A stretch of 35,266 nucleotides of DNA, from positions 1-35,266 of the forward strand of contig JBDTQN010000001.1 of assembly GCA_039932215.1 (NCBI GenBank), written 5' to 3'. The translations under genes were made by a program, and so were the position numbers. This stretch comes from Pseudolysinimonas sp. Lineage in GTDB: Bacteria > Actinomycetota > Actinomycetes > Actinomycetales > Microbacteriaceae. This document shows positions 15,914-24,980 of the stretch, one piece after another (within the stretch, counting starts at the first letter, position 1; every line of letters starts with the position of its first letter). The notes under the pieces were generated by a model. It searched no databases, was not told where the DNA came from, and was given only the letters and a program-made list of their open reading frames with translations.

Positions 15914-17155
15914 CGTTTCACCCTCCGAGGCGATGTGGCCGGCACCGCGGATATCCGGTTCGACCCGGATCCCGTACAGCGTGGCGAGGGCCGCGGCGAA
16001 TTCTTCGCTGCGGCCCTCCGCTGCGAGACGGCGCGCACGCACTGACGGCTCGTGCAGCAGCACTCCCGCGAGGTGGCGCAGGGCCTGCTCGGTACGGGCG
16101 TCGTCGCCGCGGGCGCGCGAGCGTTCCAGTTCGGCGTCGAGCGCATCGAAGACGCGGCGGCGCATCGCCACGATGGCGGGGGCGGCGAGCGCTTCGGCGG
16201 CGAACTCGTCGGCGGCGGTGCCGACCAGCGCGCGTGCATCCGGTTCCAGTTCGGGGAGGGGGGCATGCAGCGCCAGCACCTCGAGGTCGATCAGCTCGAC
16301 ACCGGGGAGGGTACCCACGGGACGGGCGACGTTGCGCGGCAGGCCGAGATCGATGATCAGGCGGCGGCGGGCGTCGGGGATGTGGTCGGGGGTGACCTCG
16401 TACCGCGCGGTGCAGGTGATGACGACCTCGGCATCCCGGATAGCCTCGCGCAGATCGCTCTCGGCGCGGACGCCGTAGCGGGTGCCGAACTGCGCCGCGC
16501 GTCCGGTGGCCGAGAAGACCCGCAGATCGACGACGCCGCGGTCGCGCAGGGCGGAGATCGTGGTCGCGGCATACCGGCCGGTGCCGACGACGAGCACGCG
16601 GGCGGCGCTCCAGTCGGTGACGCGGGACGACGCCAGGTCGAGGGCGAGCCGTGCGATGGAACGGTCGGCGCCTCCGAGGTCGGCTGCGGCCCGCACCGAA
16701 CGCGACGTATGCGTCGCCCGCTGGAACAGACGCTCGAGCCCGCTCGACGTGGTGCCCTCGACGCGGGCGCCGGCGAGCGCGCGCTGCACCTGCCCGGCGA
16801 TCTCGTCTTCGCCGAGCACGAGCGATTCCAGGCCAGAGCTGACGGCGAACAGGTGGTGCGCGACGCCCGCACCGGCGTGCACCTCAGCGGTGGCGCGCAA
16901 GGCGTCGGCGTCGTCACCGACGGTCTCGGCGAGAGCGGCGAAGACGGCTTCGGTGGCGACTTCGACGGCGGCAGTGAGCGGCTCGTCCAGCTCGAGGTAC
17001 GCCTCGAAGCGGTTGCAGGTGGCGAGGACGACGGCGCCGTGAACGAAGTCGGTGCCGGCCACCAGATCGCGCGCGGTGGTCTGCACGCCACGGCTGACCC
17101 GGTCGAGCAGATCGAAGTCCGTGGTGCGGTGGCTCGCGGTCACGCACAGAAGCAC
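15908..17155 (-). CDS. hemA: Glutamyl-tRNA reductase
   Basis: Starts (V)LLCVTASHRTTDF with the catalytic-Cys motif ATCNRFE. GEDEIAGQV follows, then an NADPH Rossmann VLVVGTGRYA. The long N-terminal extension of ORF 15908..17680 overlaps hemE antisense and is rejected. Confidence 0.85.
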   Translation of the reverse strand: MLLCVTASHRTTDFDLLDRVSRGVQTTARDLVAGTDFVHGAVVLATCNRFEAYLELDEPLTAAVEVATEAVFAALAETVGDDADALRATAEVHAGAGVAHHLFAVSSGLESLVLGEDEIAGQVQRALAGARVEGTTSSGLERLFQRATHTSRSVRAAADLGGADRSIARLALDLASSRVTDWSAARVLVVGTGRYAATTISALRDRGVVDLRVFSATGRAAQFGTRYGVRAESDLREAIRDAEVVITCTARYEVTPDHIPDARRRLIIDLGLPRNVARPVGTLPGVELIDLEVLALHAPLPELEPDARALVGTAADEFAAEALAAPAIVAMRRRVFDALDAELERSRARGDDARTEQALRHLAGVLLHEPSVRARRLAAEGRSEEFAAALATLYGIRVEPDIRGAGHIASEGETA

Positions 17156-17162
17156 GGCCTCC

Positions 17163-17168
17163 AGCCTA
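17163..17168 (-). promoter_or_regulatory. Candidate -10 hexamer TAGGCT placed 7 nt upstream of the hemA GTG (leaderless geometry)
   Basis: The minus strand reads TAGGCT-GGAGGCC-GTG. Confidence 0.35.
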
Positions 17169-17198
17169 AGCGCGCGGATCGAGGCGCCCGAGCCGACG

Positions 17199-17204
17199 TA
17201 GCCT
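17199..17204 (+). promoter_or_regulatory. Candidate -10 hexamer TAGCCT placed 6 nt upstream of the hemE GTG (leaderless geometry)
   Basis: The sequence reads TAGCCT-GAGCGG-GTG. Confidence 0.4.
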
Positions 17205-17210
17205 GAGCGG

Positions 17211-18281
17211 GTGACCCTGCAGCCCGACCACCCGCTCGTCGACGGACGCACGAGAGACTCCGCGCTGATCCGCGCGTACCGCGGTGAGCGCGACGCGACC
17301 CCGCCGGTCTGGTTCATGCGCCAGGCCGGCCGCTCGCTGCCCGAGTACCGGTCGGTGCGCGAGGGCACCGAGATGCTCGACGCCTGCCTGACCCCCGAGC
17401 TCGCCAGCGAGATCACGCTGCAGCCGGTTCGGCGGCACCGGGTGGATGTCGCGATCTTCTTCAGCGACATCGTCGTGCCCGTGAAGCTGGCCGGCATCGA
17501 CGTGCGCATCGCGCCCGGTCGCGGGCCGGTGCTCGACTCCCCGATCCGCTCGGCGTCCGACGTGCTGAAGCTGCGCCCGATCGATCCGGATGCGCTGGCC
17601 CCGATCCGCGAGGCAGTGGCGATGACGGTGGCGCAGCTGGGCGGCACGCCGCTGATCGGCTTCGGCGGAGCCCCGTACACGCTGGCGTCGTATCTCGTCG
17701 AGGGCGGGCCGTCGAAGGATCAGCTGCGGGCACGGGCGATGATGTACGCCGACCCGCACGCCTGGGCGGCGCTGCTCAACTGGTGCGCCGACGTCACGGG
17801 CGCGTTCCTGCGCGCGCAGGTCGAGGCGGGCGCGAGCGCCGCACAGCTCTTCGATTCGTGGATCGGGTCGCTGTCGCGCCGCGACTACCAGAAGCGGGTC
17901 TCGCCGCATTCGCGCCGGGCGTTCGATGCGCTGCGTGGGCTTCCGGTGCCACGGGTTCATTTCGGCGTCGGCAGCGGGGAGGTGCTCGACCTGCTCCCGT
18001 CGATCGGGGCGGAGGTGGTCGGGGTCGACTGGCGGCTGCCGCTCGACGTGGCGAGCGAGCGTCTCGGCGGCACGGTCCCGCTGCAGGGAAACCTCGACCC
18101 GGCGCTCCTGGCTGCGCCGTGGGCGACCGTCGAGGCGCACATCGACGACGTGGTGGAACGCGGCCGCGCGGCTCCCGCGCATGTTCTCAACCTGGGTCAC
18201 GGTGTGCCCCCGGAGACCGACCCCGATGTGCTGACCCGCATCGTGGCCCACGTGCACGGCGAGTCCGATGGCGACGCCTGA
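17211..18281 (+). CDS. hemE: Uroporphyrinogen decarboxylase
   Basis: PPVWFMRQAGRSLPEYR signature. 356 aa. Confidence 0.9.
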   Translation: MTLQPDHPLVDGRTRDSALIRAYRGERDATPPVWFMRQAGRSLPEYRSVREGTEMLDACLTPELASEITLQPVRRHRVDVAIFFSDIVVPVKLAGIDVRIAPGRGPVLDSPIRSASDVLKLRPIDPDALAPIREAVAMTVAQLGGTPLIGFGGAPYTLASYLVEGGPSKDQLRARAMMYADPHAWAALLNWCADVTGAFLRAQVEAGASAAQLFDSWIGSLSRRDYQKRVSPHSRRAFDALRGLPVPRVHFGVGSGEVLDLLPSIGAEVVGVDWRLPLDVASERLGGTVPLQGNLDPALLAAPWATVEAHIDDVVERGRAAPAHVLNLGHGVPPETDPDVLTRIVAHVHGESDGDA

Positions 18282-19554
18282 TCGCGCCGTCGTCGTGGGC
18301 GGTGGCCTCGCGGGGCTGATTGTCGCCCGTCGGCTCGCGCTCGAGGGTTCCGAGGTCGTCGTGCTCGAGGCATCGGACCGGCTGGGTGGCCAGCTGGCCC
18401 GCCACACGGTGGCCGGCATCCCGCTCGACGCGGGCGCGGAGGCGTTCGCAACGCGGTCCGGCACGGTCGCCCGGCTGGCCAGGGCACTGGGTCTCGGCGA
18501 CGACATCGTCGATCCGGCTCCGGCGCCCGCGTGGCTGCACCGTGCCGACGGCACGGCCGTCGCTCTTCCGGCGACGAGCGTGCTGGGCATCCCCGGCGTC
18601 CCGCTCGCCACCGATGTGATCAGGGCGATCGGCTGGCGTGCCGCCTGGCGGGCGCAGCTCGACACCTTGATGCTCGGGCAGTTCGGCAGCCGGTCGCGCA
18701 CTCTCGGTGAGCTGGTGCGTCGTCGCATGGGCGCCGGGGTGCTCGACGGTCTGGTGGCCCCGGTGGTGCGGGGAGTTCATTCGGCGCACCCCGACGAACT
18801 CGACCTCGACGCGGCGTCGCCGGGATTGCGGCGCGCGTTCCTGCGCGAGGGCAACCTGGCGTCGGCGGTGCGCAGTCTGCGCGGGCCGTCGGCGGCGGGC
18901 TCGCAGGTGGCCGGCATCCGCGGCGGGGTGTTCCGGCTGGTGGATGCGCTGACCGATGAGCTGCAGCGCTTCGGGGTCGAGTTGCGCACGGGTGAGCGTG
19001 TGGTGTCGGCAGACCACGTCGGCGTGGAGTTGGAGTCGGGCGAACGGGTGACCGGTTCGGTGGTCGTCGCCGCGCCGGGTGTCACCGGCGAGCCGGATGC
19101 GGGTCGGGTCGTCAGTCTCGTCACGCTCGTGGTCGCCGCGCCCGAACTCGATGCCGCACCGCGAGGCACGGGCGTGCTGGTCGCGGCCGGCGCCGACGTG
19201 CAGGCACGCGCTCTCACTCACGTCACCGCGAAGTGGCCGTGGGTGGCCGAGCTGGCGGGCGGACGCCACGTGCTGCGCCTGTCGTACGACGGAGTCGCCC
19301 CCGGTGACGCGGTCGCGCGCGCGGGTCGCGACGCCGCGACGCTGCTCGGCGTCGGCATCCCGGCACCGGATGACGCCGCGGTCGTCACCTGGGAACGGGC
19401 TGCGCCTCGGACGCATGCCGTTGACGGAATGCATTACGTGGGGGAGTCTGTATCTGGGACCGGTATCGCCGCCGTCGTCGCTCAGGCAGACCAGCTTCCC
19501 GCCGGTCTGCACCCGCCCGTTGAGGGCGGGAGCGACACGGAGCCGCAGGGCTAG
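18268..19554 (+). CDS. hemY: Coproporphyrinogen III oxidase / protoporphyrinogen oxidase (HemY/CgoX, FAD amine-oxidase fold)
   Basis: VVVGGGLAGLIVARRLALEGSEVVVLEASDRLGG dinucleotide fold. It overlaps the hemE end by 14 nt. It sits with hemQ and hemH. Confidence 0.85.
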   Translation: MATPDRAVVVGGGLAGLIVARRLALEGSEVVVLEASDRLGGQLARHTVAGIPLDAGAEAFATRSGTVARLARALGLGDDIVDPAPAPAWLHRADGTAVALPATSVLGIPGVPLATDVIRAIGWRAAWRAQLDTLMLGQFGSRSRTLGELVRRRMGAGVLDGLVAPVVRGVHSAHPDELDLDAASPGLRRAFLREGNLASAVRSLRGPSAAGSQVAGIRGGVFRLVDALTDELQRFGVELRTGERVVSADHVGVELESGERVTGSVVVAAPGVTGEPDAGRVVSLVTLVVAAPELDAAPRGTGVLVAAGADVQARALTHVTAKWPWVAELAGGRHVLRLSYDGVAPGDAVARAGRDAATLLGVGIPAPDDAAVVTWERAAPRTHAVDGMHYVGESVSGTGIAAVVAQADQLPAGLHPPVEGGSDTEPQG

Positions 19555-19595
19555 GCTGACACCGACCGACCGTCCCGCCGAAGACTGGAGTCATC

Positions 19596-19886
19596 GTGAA
19601 AGGCAAGATCCTGTTCGTGGCCGGACTGGGCCTCGGGTATGTGCTCGGCACTCGCGCCGGGCGCGAGAAGTACGACGAACTGCGCAGTGCCGCACTGAAG
19701 GTCTGGAACGACCCGCGCGTGCAGAAGCAGGTGGATGCGGTCGAGGACTTCGTCAAAGACAAGGCCCCCGAGGTGGCCGACTTCGTGAGCGACAACGCGA
19801 AGAAGGTCGTGGCGCAGGTCTCGGGCAAGAAGCCCGCGGTCAAGAAGCCCACGACGACTCGCAAGACCTCCACCAGCTCTAGCTGA
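19596..19886 (+). CDS. YtxH-like small membrane-associated protein
   Basis: MKGKILFVAGLGLGYVLGTRAGREKYD is the typical YtxH N-terminus. GTG start with GGAG 5 nt upstream. Confidence 0.7.
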   Translation: MKGKILFVAGLGLGYVLGTRAGREKYDELRSAALKVWNDPRVQKQVDAVEDFVKDKAPEVADFVSDNAKKVVAQVSGKKPAVKKPTTTRKTSTSSS

Positions 19887-19897
19887 GCGGCGCCGTC

Positions 19898-20320
19898 ATG
19901 ACGACGCCCATCGCACCCACGCCGCGCAAGCGGTCGTTGATCGACCTGATCACCAGCATCCCGATGCTGGTCAGCGATCTCGTCACGCGCGAGATCGACC
20001 TGCTCAAGGCCGAGATGATCGCCAAGGTCAAGGCGCTGGGCATCGGTGCGGGCATGATCGCGGTTGCGGTCGTGATCCTGCTCGGCATGCTGGGCGTGCT
20101 GCTGACCGCGGCGATCCTCGCTCTCAGCGAGGTGATGCCGGGCTGGCTCGCCGCCCTCCTCGTCGCGGCGGTGCTGCTGATCATCGCCGTGATCCTCGGT
20201 CTCATCGGCTACGGGGTGCTCAAGAAGGGCATCCCCCCGGTGCCGACCGAATCAATCGACAGTCTCAAACGCGACTACCAAGCCATCAAGGGAATCGGAA
20301 AGCGGAGGACCACCCCATGA
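19898..20320 (+). CDS. Holin-X-like (phage holin superfamily III-type) membrane protein
   Basis: 140 aa. LVTREIDLLKAEMIAKVKALGIGAGMIAVAVVILL followed by a second TM segment, the pattern I associate with the actinobacterial Holin-X family. Confidence 0.65.
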   Translation: MTTPIAPTPRKRSLIDLITSIPMLVSDLVTREIDLLKAEMIAKVKALGIGAGMIAVAVVILLGMLGVLLTAAILALSEVMPGWLAALLVAAVLLIIAVILGLIGYGVLKKGIPPVPTESIDSLKRDYQAIKGIGKRRTTP

Positions 20321-20553
20321 GCATCCCCTCGACTGCAAAGGCCCAGGCCCAGAAGGCACGCGACGAACTCGCGAGCGCCCTCGACGCCATCGAAGACAAG
20401 CTGAACGTGCCGAAGCGTGCACAAGAACTCGGCAAGCAGGCGGTGACCGCCTACGAGAAGAACCCGGTGCCGTTCATCATCGGCGGCGTCGCCGTCGCCG
20501 TGGTGGCCGTCGGGCTGCTCGCCTGGGCGATCTTCGGCCCCGACGACGACTAG
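20317..20553 (+). CDS. DUF3618-like small protein with a C-terminal TM helix
   Basis: 78 aa. A coiled N-terminal part (KARDELASALDAIEDKL) is followed by the helix FIIGGVAVAVVAVGLLAWAIF. ATGA overlap with the preceding gene. Confidence 0.6.
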   Translation: MSIPSTAKAQAQKARDELASALDAIEDKLNVPKRAQELGKQAVTAYEKNPVPFIIGGVAVAVVAVGLLAWAIFGPDDD

Positions 20554-20622
20554 GCGCGCGGCCACGGTTGACGCTTCCTCCGCGATTCGCGCCCCGCGCG
20601 CGAGCGGGGGAGGATAGGGGCG

Positions 20623-21288
20623 ATGAGCGACGCCCCTCCCGATGAGCTGCCCGTCGGCTACGCCCTGTGGGCGGTGCTGCGCCGTGATCCGGCTCGGGTC
20701 GCGCGGGTGGGCGAGCTCTCTGAGGCGGTGCGCGAACTCGAGTCACACGGATCGACGTTGCGCGGCATCTACGACGTCTCGGGCCTGCGTGCCGACGCCG
20801 ATCTGATGTTCTGGCTCACCGGGCCCGACGCCGCTGGGCTGCAGGCGGCCCTGCGCAGCATCCGGCGCACGGTGCCCGAGCTCCTGCCCACCTGGAACGC
20901 GCTCGGCGTGCACCGCGAGGCGGAGTTCAGTCGCGCGCACGCGCCCGCCTTCCTCCGCGGCCTGCCGCCGAAGGAGTGGGTGGCCGTCTATCCGTTCGTG
21001 CGCAGCTACGAGTGGTACCTGCTGCCCGAAGACGAGCGTCGCGCGATGCTCGCCGACCACGGCCGCAAAGGCTCGGAGTACCCGGCCGTGCAGGCCAACA
21101 CGGTCGCGAGCTTCGCGCTCGGCGACTACGAGTGGATCTTGGCGCTCGAGGCCGACGACCCGCGCGAGCTGGTCGACCTGATGCGCCACCTGCGCAACAC
21201 CGAGGCCCGCCGCCACGTGCGTGACGAGGTGCCGTTCTTCACGGGGCGGCGCATCGACCCGGCCGAGGTCGCCGAGGTGCTGAGGTGA
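20623..21288 (+). CDS. hemQ: Coproheme decarboxylase (HemQ/ChdC, chlorite-dismutase family)
   Basis: YALWAVLRR...VAVYPFVRSYEWYLLPEDERRAMLADHG is characteristic of actinobacterial HemQ. Confidence 0.85.
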   Translation: MSDAPPDELPVGYALWAVLRRDPARVARVGELSEAVRELESHGSTLRGIYDVSGLRADADLMFWLTGPDAAGLQAALRSIRRTVPELLPTWNALGVHREAEFSRAHAPAFLRGLPPKEWVAVYPFVRSYEWYLLPEDERRAMLADHGRKGSEYPAVQANTVASFALGDYEWILALEADDPRELVDLMRHLRNTEARRHVRDEVPFFTGRRIDPAEVAEVLR

Positions 21289-22370
21289 AGTACGACGCGG
21301 TGATTCTGGCTGGGTTCGGCGGTCCCGAGGGGCAGGATGACGTGCTCCCCTTCTTGCGGAATGTCACGCGTGGTCGCGGTATCCCCGACGCCCGGCTCGA
21401 AGAGGTCGCGCACCACTACCGGCACTTCGGCGGAGTCAGCCCGATCAACGCGCAGAATCGTGCCCTGAAAGCCGCGCTCGAGGCCGAGCTCGCCGACCGT
21501 TCCCTCGACCTGCCGGTGTTCTGGGGCAACCGCAACTGGCAGCCGTACCTGCCCGACGCTCTGCGCGAGGCGCATTCGGCGGGCCACCGCACGGTGCTCG
21601 GCCTGGTCACCAGCGCGTACTCGTCGTACTCGGGGTGCCGTCAATACCGCGAGGACTTCGCGGCCGCGCTCGCCGAGACCGGGCTCGAGAGCGAGCTGCA
21701 GGTCGACAAAGTGCGTCAGTACTTCGACCACCCCGGCTTCGTGCAGCCGTTCGTCGACGGCGTGCGCTCCGCGATCGCCGAGTTGACCGACCGGGGCTTC
21801 GCGGCCGAGGCGATCCGCGTGCTGTTCGCCACCCACAGCATCCCGGTTCAGGATGCGGAGCACAGCGGTCCGGACGGCCACGCCTACGAGCAGCAGCACC
21901 TCGCCGTCGCGGAGGTCGTGATGACCGAGGCCGGAGCGCTGGGCGGAGGCCAAGACATCGGCTGGGAGCTCGTCTATCAGAGCCGGTCGGGCGCGCCCTC
22001 GCAGCCCTGGCTCGAGCCCGATGTCAACGACGTCATCGCCGACCTACCTGCCCGCGGAGTTGAGGCGATCGTCATCGTTCCGCTCGGGTTCGTGAGCGAC
22101 CACATGGAGGTGCTCTGGGACCTCGACACCGAGGCGATGGAGACCGCCGAACGCGTCGGGATCGTCGCGCTGCGCACCCCGACCCCGGGCGTCGATCCGG
22201 CATTCGTCAGCGGCCTCGTCGACCTGATCGTCGAGCGCCTCGACGACACCCCCGACGCCGAACGTCCGGCGCAGACCGAGCTCGGGCCGTGGTTCGACGT
22301 GTGCCGGCCGGGCTGCTGCGAGAACGTCAGGCTCGGGTTCAAGCCCGCGATCGCGGGGTTGGCGCCGTGA
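21285..22370 (+). CDS. hemH: Coproporphyrin ferrochelatase (HemH/CpfC) with a C-terminal Cys cluster
   Basis: AVILAGFGGPEGQDDVLPFLRNVTRGRGIP... is present. The C-terminal CRPGCCENV motif is typical of [2Fe-2S] actinobacterial ferrochelatases. GTGA overlap with hemQ. Confidence 0.9.
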   Translation: MKYDAVILAGFGGPEGQDDVLPFLRNVTRGRGIPDARLEEVAHHYRHFGGVSPINAQNRALKAALEAELADRSLDLPVFWGNRNWQPYLPDALREAHSAGHRTVLGLVTSAYSSYSGCRQYREDFAAALAETGLESELQVDKVRQYFDHPGFVQPFVDGVRSAIAELTDRGFAAEAIRVLFATHSIPVQDAEHSGPDGHAYEQQHLAVAEVVMTEAGALGGGQDIGWELVYQSRSGAPSQPWLEPDVNDVIADLPARGVEAIVIVPLGFVSDHMEVLWDLDTEAMETAERVGIVALRTPTPGVDPAFVSGLVDLIVERLDDTPDAERPAQTELGPWFDVCRPGCCENVRLGFKPAIAGLAP

Positions 22371-23260
22371 GGCTCGGAACGCGCGGCAGCCCCCTCGCCC
22401 TCGCCCAGGCGACGCCGGTCGCCCAGAAACTCGGCGCCGAACTGGTGATCATCGAGTCGGACGGCGACCGTTCGAACGACTCGCTCGCCGAGCTGGGCGG
22501 CACCGGCATCTTCGCGACCGCCCTGCGCACCGCGTTGCTCGCGGGCGAGGTGGATGTGGTGGTGCACTCGTACAAAGACCTTCCGACTGCGGCGGCGGCA
22601 GGCCTGGTCGTCGCGGCGGTCCCGAAGCGTTCGGATGCCCGCGACGCCCTGTGTGCGGTCGACGGCCTCGTCCTCGACACGCTCGCGCCGGGGGCTCGCG
22701 TCGGAACGGGGTCTCCGCGCCGGCGGGCGCAACTGTTGGCCCGGCGTCCCGATCTCGAGGTCGTCGACATCCGGGGCAACGTCGATTCGCGGCTCGCGCG
22801 GGTGGGAACGGATCTCGACGCCGTGGTGCTCGCCGCTGCCGGGCTCGATCGGCTGGGCCGCCTCGACGCGGCGAGCGAGTTCTTGGGCATCGACGGCTGG
22901 CCGACGGCCCCCGCGCAGGGTGCGCTCGCGGTCGAGGTTCGTGCCGGCGACGAGAAGTCGGTCGCCAAACTCGAGCACCGGCCGTCGCGGCTCGCCGCCG
23001 AGGCGGAGCGCGGAGTCCTCGCCCGGCTCGAGGCCGGGTGCTCGGCGCCGATCGGCGCGCACGCCCTGCTCGACGACGGCCTGTTGTTCCTCAGCGCTCG
23101 CGTCTATTCGGTCGACGGTTCCCGGCAGCTGACCGCCGCCCACGCCCTCTACCCCGAAGACGTGCTGCACCCCGCCGACGACTTGGCCGAACGCGTATCG
23201 GCCGAGCTGCTCGCTGCGGGCGCCGCCGAACTCGCGCCGCCGGGGGGTTCCTCGTCATGA
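22367..23260 (+). CDS. hemC: Hydroxymethylbilane synthase (porphobilinogen deaminase)
   Basis: (V)RLGTRGSPLALAQA...VHSYKDLPT. GTGA overlap with hemH. Confidence 0.9.
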   Translation: MRLGTRGSPLALAQATPVAQKLGAELVIIESDGDRSNDSLAELGGTGIFATALRTALLAGEVDVVVHSYKDLPTAAAAGLVVAAVPKRSDARDALCAVDGLVLDTLAPGARVGTGSPRRRAQLLARRPDLEVVDIRGNVDSRLARVGTDLDAVVLAAAGLDRLGRLDAASEFLGIDGWPTAPAQGALAVEVRAGDEKSVAKLEHRPSRLAAEAERGVLARLEAGCSAPIGAHALLDDGLLFLSARVYSVDGSRQLTAAHALYPEDVLHPADDLAERVSAELLAAGAAELAPPGGSSS

Positions 23261-24015
23261 GTGCAGACAAGCCGCTCAGCGGGTGGCGTGTGCTGGTGCC
23301 GCGCGGCGGCAACTGGGGCGACGGTGTCGCGGCGACCCTGCGCGGGTATGGCGCCGTTCCGGTGATCGCGCCGCTCATCAACTTCGCCAGCGCCGAAGAC
23401 CCGACGCCACTCGCCAACGCGCTGCACGAACTGCAAGACGGTCAGTACGACTGGCTCGTCATCACGAGCGCCACCACCGTCGACGTGCTCAGCGGCCAGG
23501 GCGTCAAGGTGCCCGAGTCGACGCGCATCGCGGCGGTCGGTGAGACCACCGGCGCCGCGCTCCAGCTCGCGGGCTACCGAGTCGACTTCGTGCCGCACGC
23601 CGACAACTCCGCCCGTGGTCTCGTCAAGGAATGGCCGGCCAGCGAGATCCGCGGTCGCGTGCTCATCCCGCAGTCCGACGTCGCCGAACCGACACTCGTC
23701 GCGGGACTCTCGCGTCTCGGCTTCGCCGTCGAGTACGTCACCGCGTACCGCACCATCGGAGTGCCGGTCGCGCCCGCCGTCAGGGCCGACCTGGAGTCGG
23801 GACGAATCCGCGGTGTGCTGGTCACGTCGGGCAGCGTTGCGCGCCAGCTGGCCGAGCAGCTTCCCGAGCTGCCCGCCGACACGGTCATCGCCTGCATCGG
23901 CCCGCGCACCGCGTTCGACGCCCGCGCCGCCGGCTTGCCGGTGCACGTGATCGCCGAGGAGCGTTCGGCCGACTCCCTCATCGACGCGCTGGTCGACTAC
24001 GTGGTGAACGGATGA
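23257..24015 (+). CDS. hemD: Uroporphyrinogen-III synthase
   Basis: 252 aa. GWRVLVPRG...[11 protein letters not shown] pattern. ATGA overlaps on both sides, between hemC and hemB. Confidence 0.8.
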   Translation: MSADKPLSGWRVLVPRGGNWGDGVAATLRGYGAVPVIAPLINFASAEDPTPLANALHELQDGQYDWLVITSATTVDVLSGQGVKVPESTRIAAVGETTGAALQLAGYRVDFVPHADNSARGLVKEWPASEIRGRVLIPQSDVAEPTLVAGLSRLGFAVEYVTAYRTIGVPVAPAVRADLESGRIRGVLVTSGSVARQLAEQLPELPADTVIACIGPRTAFDARAAGLPVHVIAEERSADSLIDALVDYVVNG

Positions 24016-24980
24016 TCGTTCGCCCGCGCCGGTTGCGTGCAACCCCGGCGATGCGCCGGCTCGTGCAGCAGACGCGGGTGAGCCCGGCGCAGCTGATTCT
24101 GCCGATGTTCGTGCGCGAGGGCGCGAGCGAGCCGGTGCCGATCTCGTCGATGCCGGGCGTCGTGCAGCACTCGCTCGATTCGCTGCGCGCAGAACTGGGC
24201 CGCGCCGCCGCTGCCGGGATCGGCGGCGTGATGCTCTTCGGAGTACCCGAGCACAAAGATGCGATCGGGACCGGCGCGACCGACCCTGACGGCATCCTGA
24301 ATGTCGCCACGCGAGCGGCCGTCGCCGAGGTCGGCGATGCGCTGGTCGTGCAGACCGACCTGTGCCTCGACGAGTTCACCGACCACGGGCAGTGCGGGGT
24401 GCTGGACCCACGGGGGCGTGTTGACAACGACGCCACCCTCGAGCGCTACCGCGACATGGGCGTCGCGCAGGCGGAGGCCGGTTCGGCGCTGCTCGGACTG
24501 TCGGGGATGATGGACGGCCAGGTCCGGGCCGTGCGCGAAGCTCTGGATACGGCGGGTCACACCGACACCGCCCTGCTCGGTTACGCGGCAAAATACGCGT
24601 CCGCGTTCTACGGACCGTTCCGCGAGGCGGTGCAGTCGTCGCTAGAGGGCGACCGGCGCTCGTATCAGCTCGATCCGGCGAACCGGCGCGAGGGCGCGCG
24701 CGAAGTGCTGCTCGATGTCGACGAGGGGGCCGACATCGTGATGGTGAAGCCGGCGATGTCGTATCTCGACGTACTCGCCGAGGCGGCCGCGGCATCCCCG
24801 GTGCCGGTCTGGGCGTACCAGGTGAGCGGCGAATTCGCGATGATCGAGGCGGCCGCCGCGAACGGCTGGATCGACCGCGAGCGCGCGATCGACGAGTCGC
24901 TGGTGTCGATCGTGCGGGCCGGTGCCGAAGCGGTGCTCACCTACTTCGCCGTCGAGGCGGCTGAGCGGTGGGCCCGATGA
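24012..24980 (+). CDS. hemB: Porphobilinogen synthase (5-aminolevulinate dehydratase)
   Basis: [18 protein letters not shown]...[10 protein letters not shown] with the active-site Lys context. 322 aa. Confidence 0.9.
   Translation: MIVRPRRLRATPAMRRLVQQTRVSPAQLILPMFVREGASEPVPISSMPGVVQHSLDSLRAELGRAAAAGIGGVMLFGVPEHKDAIGTGATDPDGILNVATRAAVAEVGDALVVQTDLCLDEFTDHGQCGVLDPRGRVDNDATLERYRDMGVAQAEAGSALLGLSGMMDGQVRAVREALDTAGHTDTALLGYAAKYASAFYGPFREAVQSSLEGDRRSYQLDPANRREGAREVLLDVDEGADIVMVKPAMSYLDVLAEAAAASPVPVWAYQVSGEFAMIEAAAANGWIDRERAIDESLVSIVRAGAEAVLTYFAVEAAERWAR

Noticed and set aside
15908-17680. A 590-aa version of hemA
   Set aside because: The 175-codon N-terminal extension runs antisense through hemE and has no similarity to glutamyl-tRNA reductase. 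The conserved N-terminus begins at GTG 17155.
19898-20320. The holin-family gene as evidence of a prophage or lysis cassette
   Set aside because: There is no endolysin, portal, terminase, capsid, tail or integrase gene anywhere nearby. The gene sits in a conserved-looking triad of small membrane proteins inside the heme locus.
6633-23170. Many long antisense ORFs: 6633..8069, 8155..10620, 10580..12469, 13823..15349, 17166..18728, 18187..19512 and 21977..23170, and their + strand counterparts such as 9945..11258
   Set aside because: All overlap strongly supported genes on the opposite strand or in another frame. They have Arg/Gly/Pro/Ala-dominated low-complexity translations and no recognisable motifs. 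They are typical GC-rich shadow ORFs.
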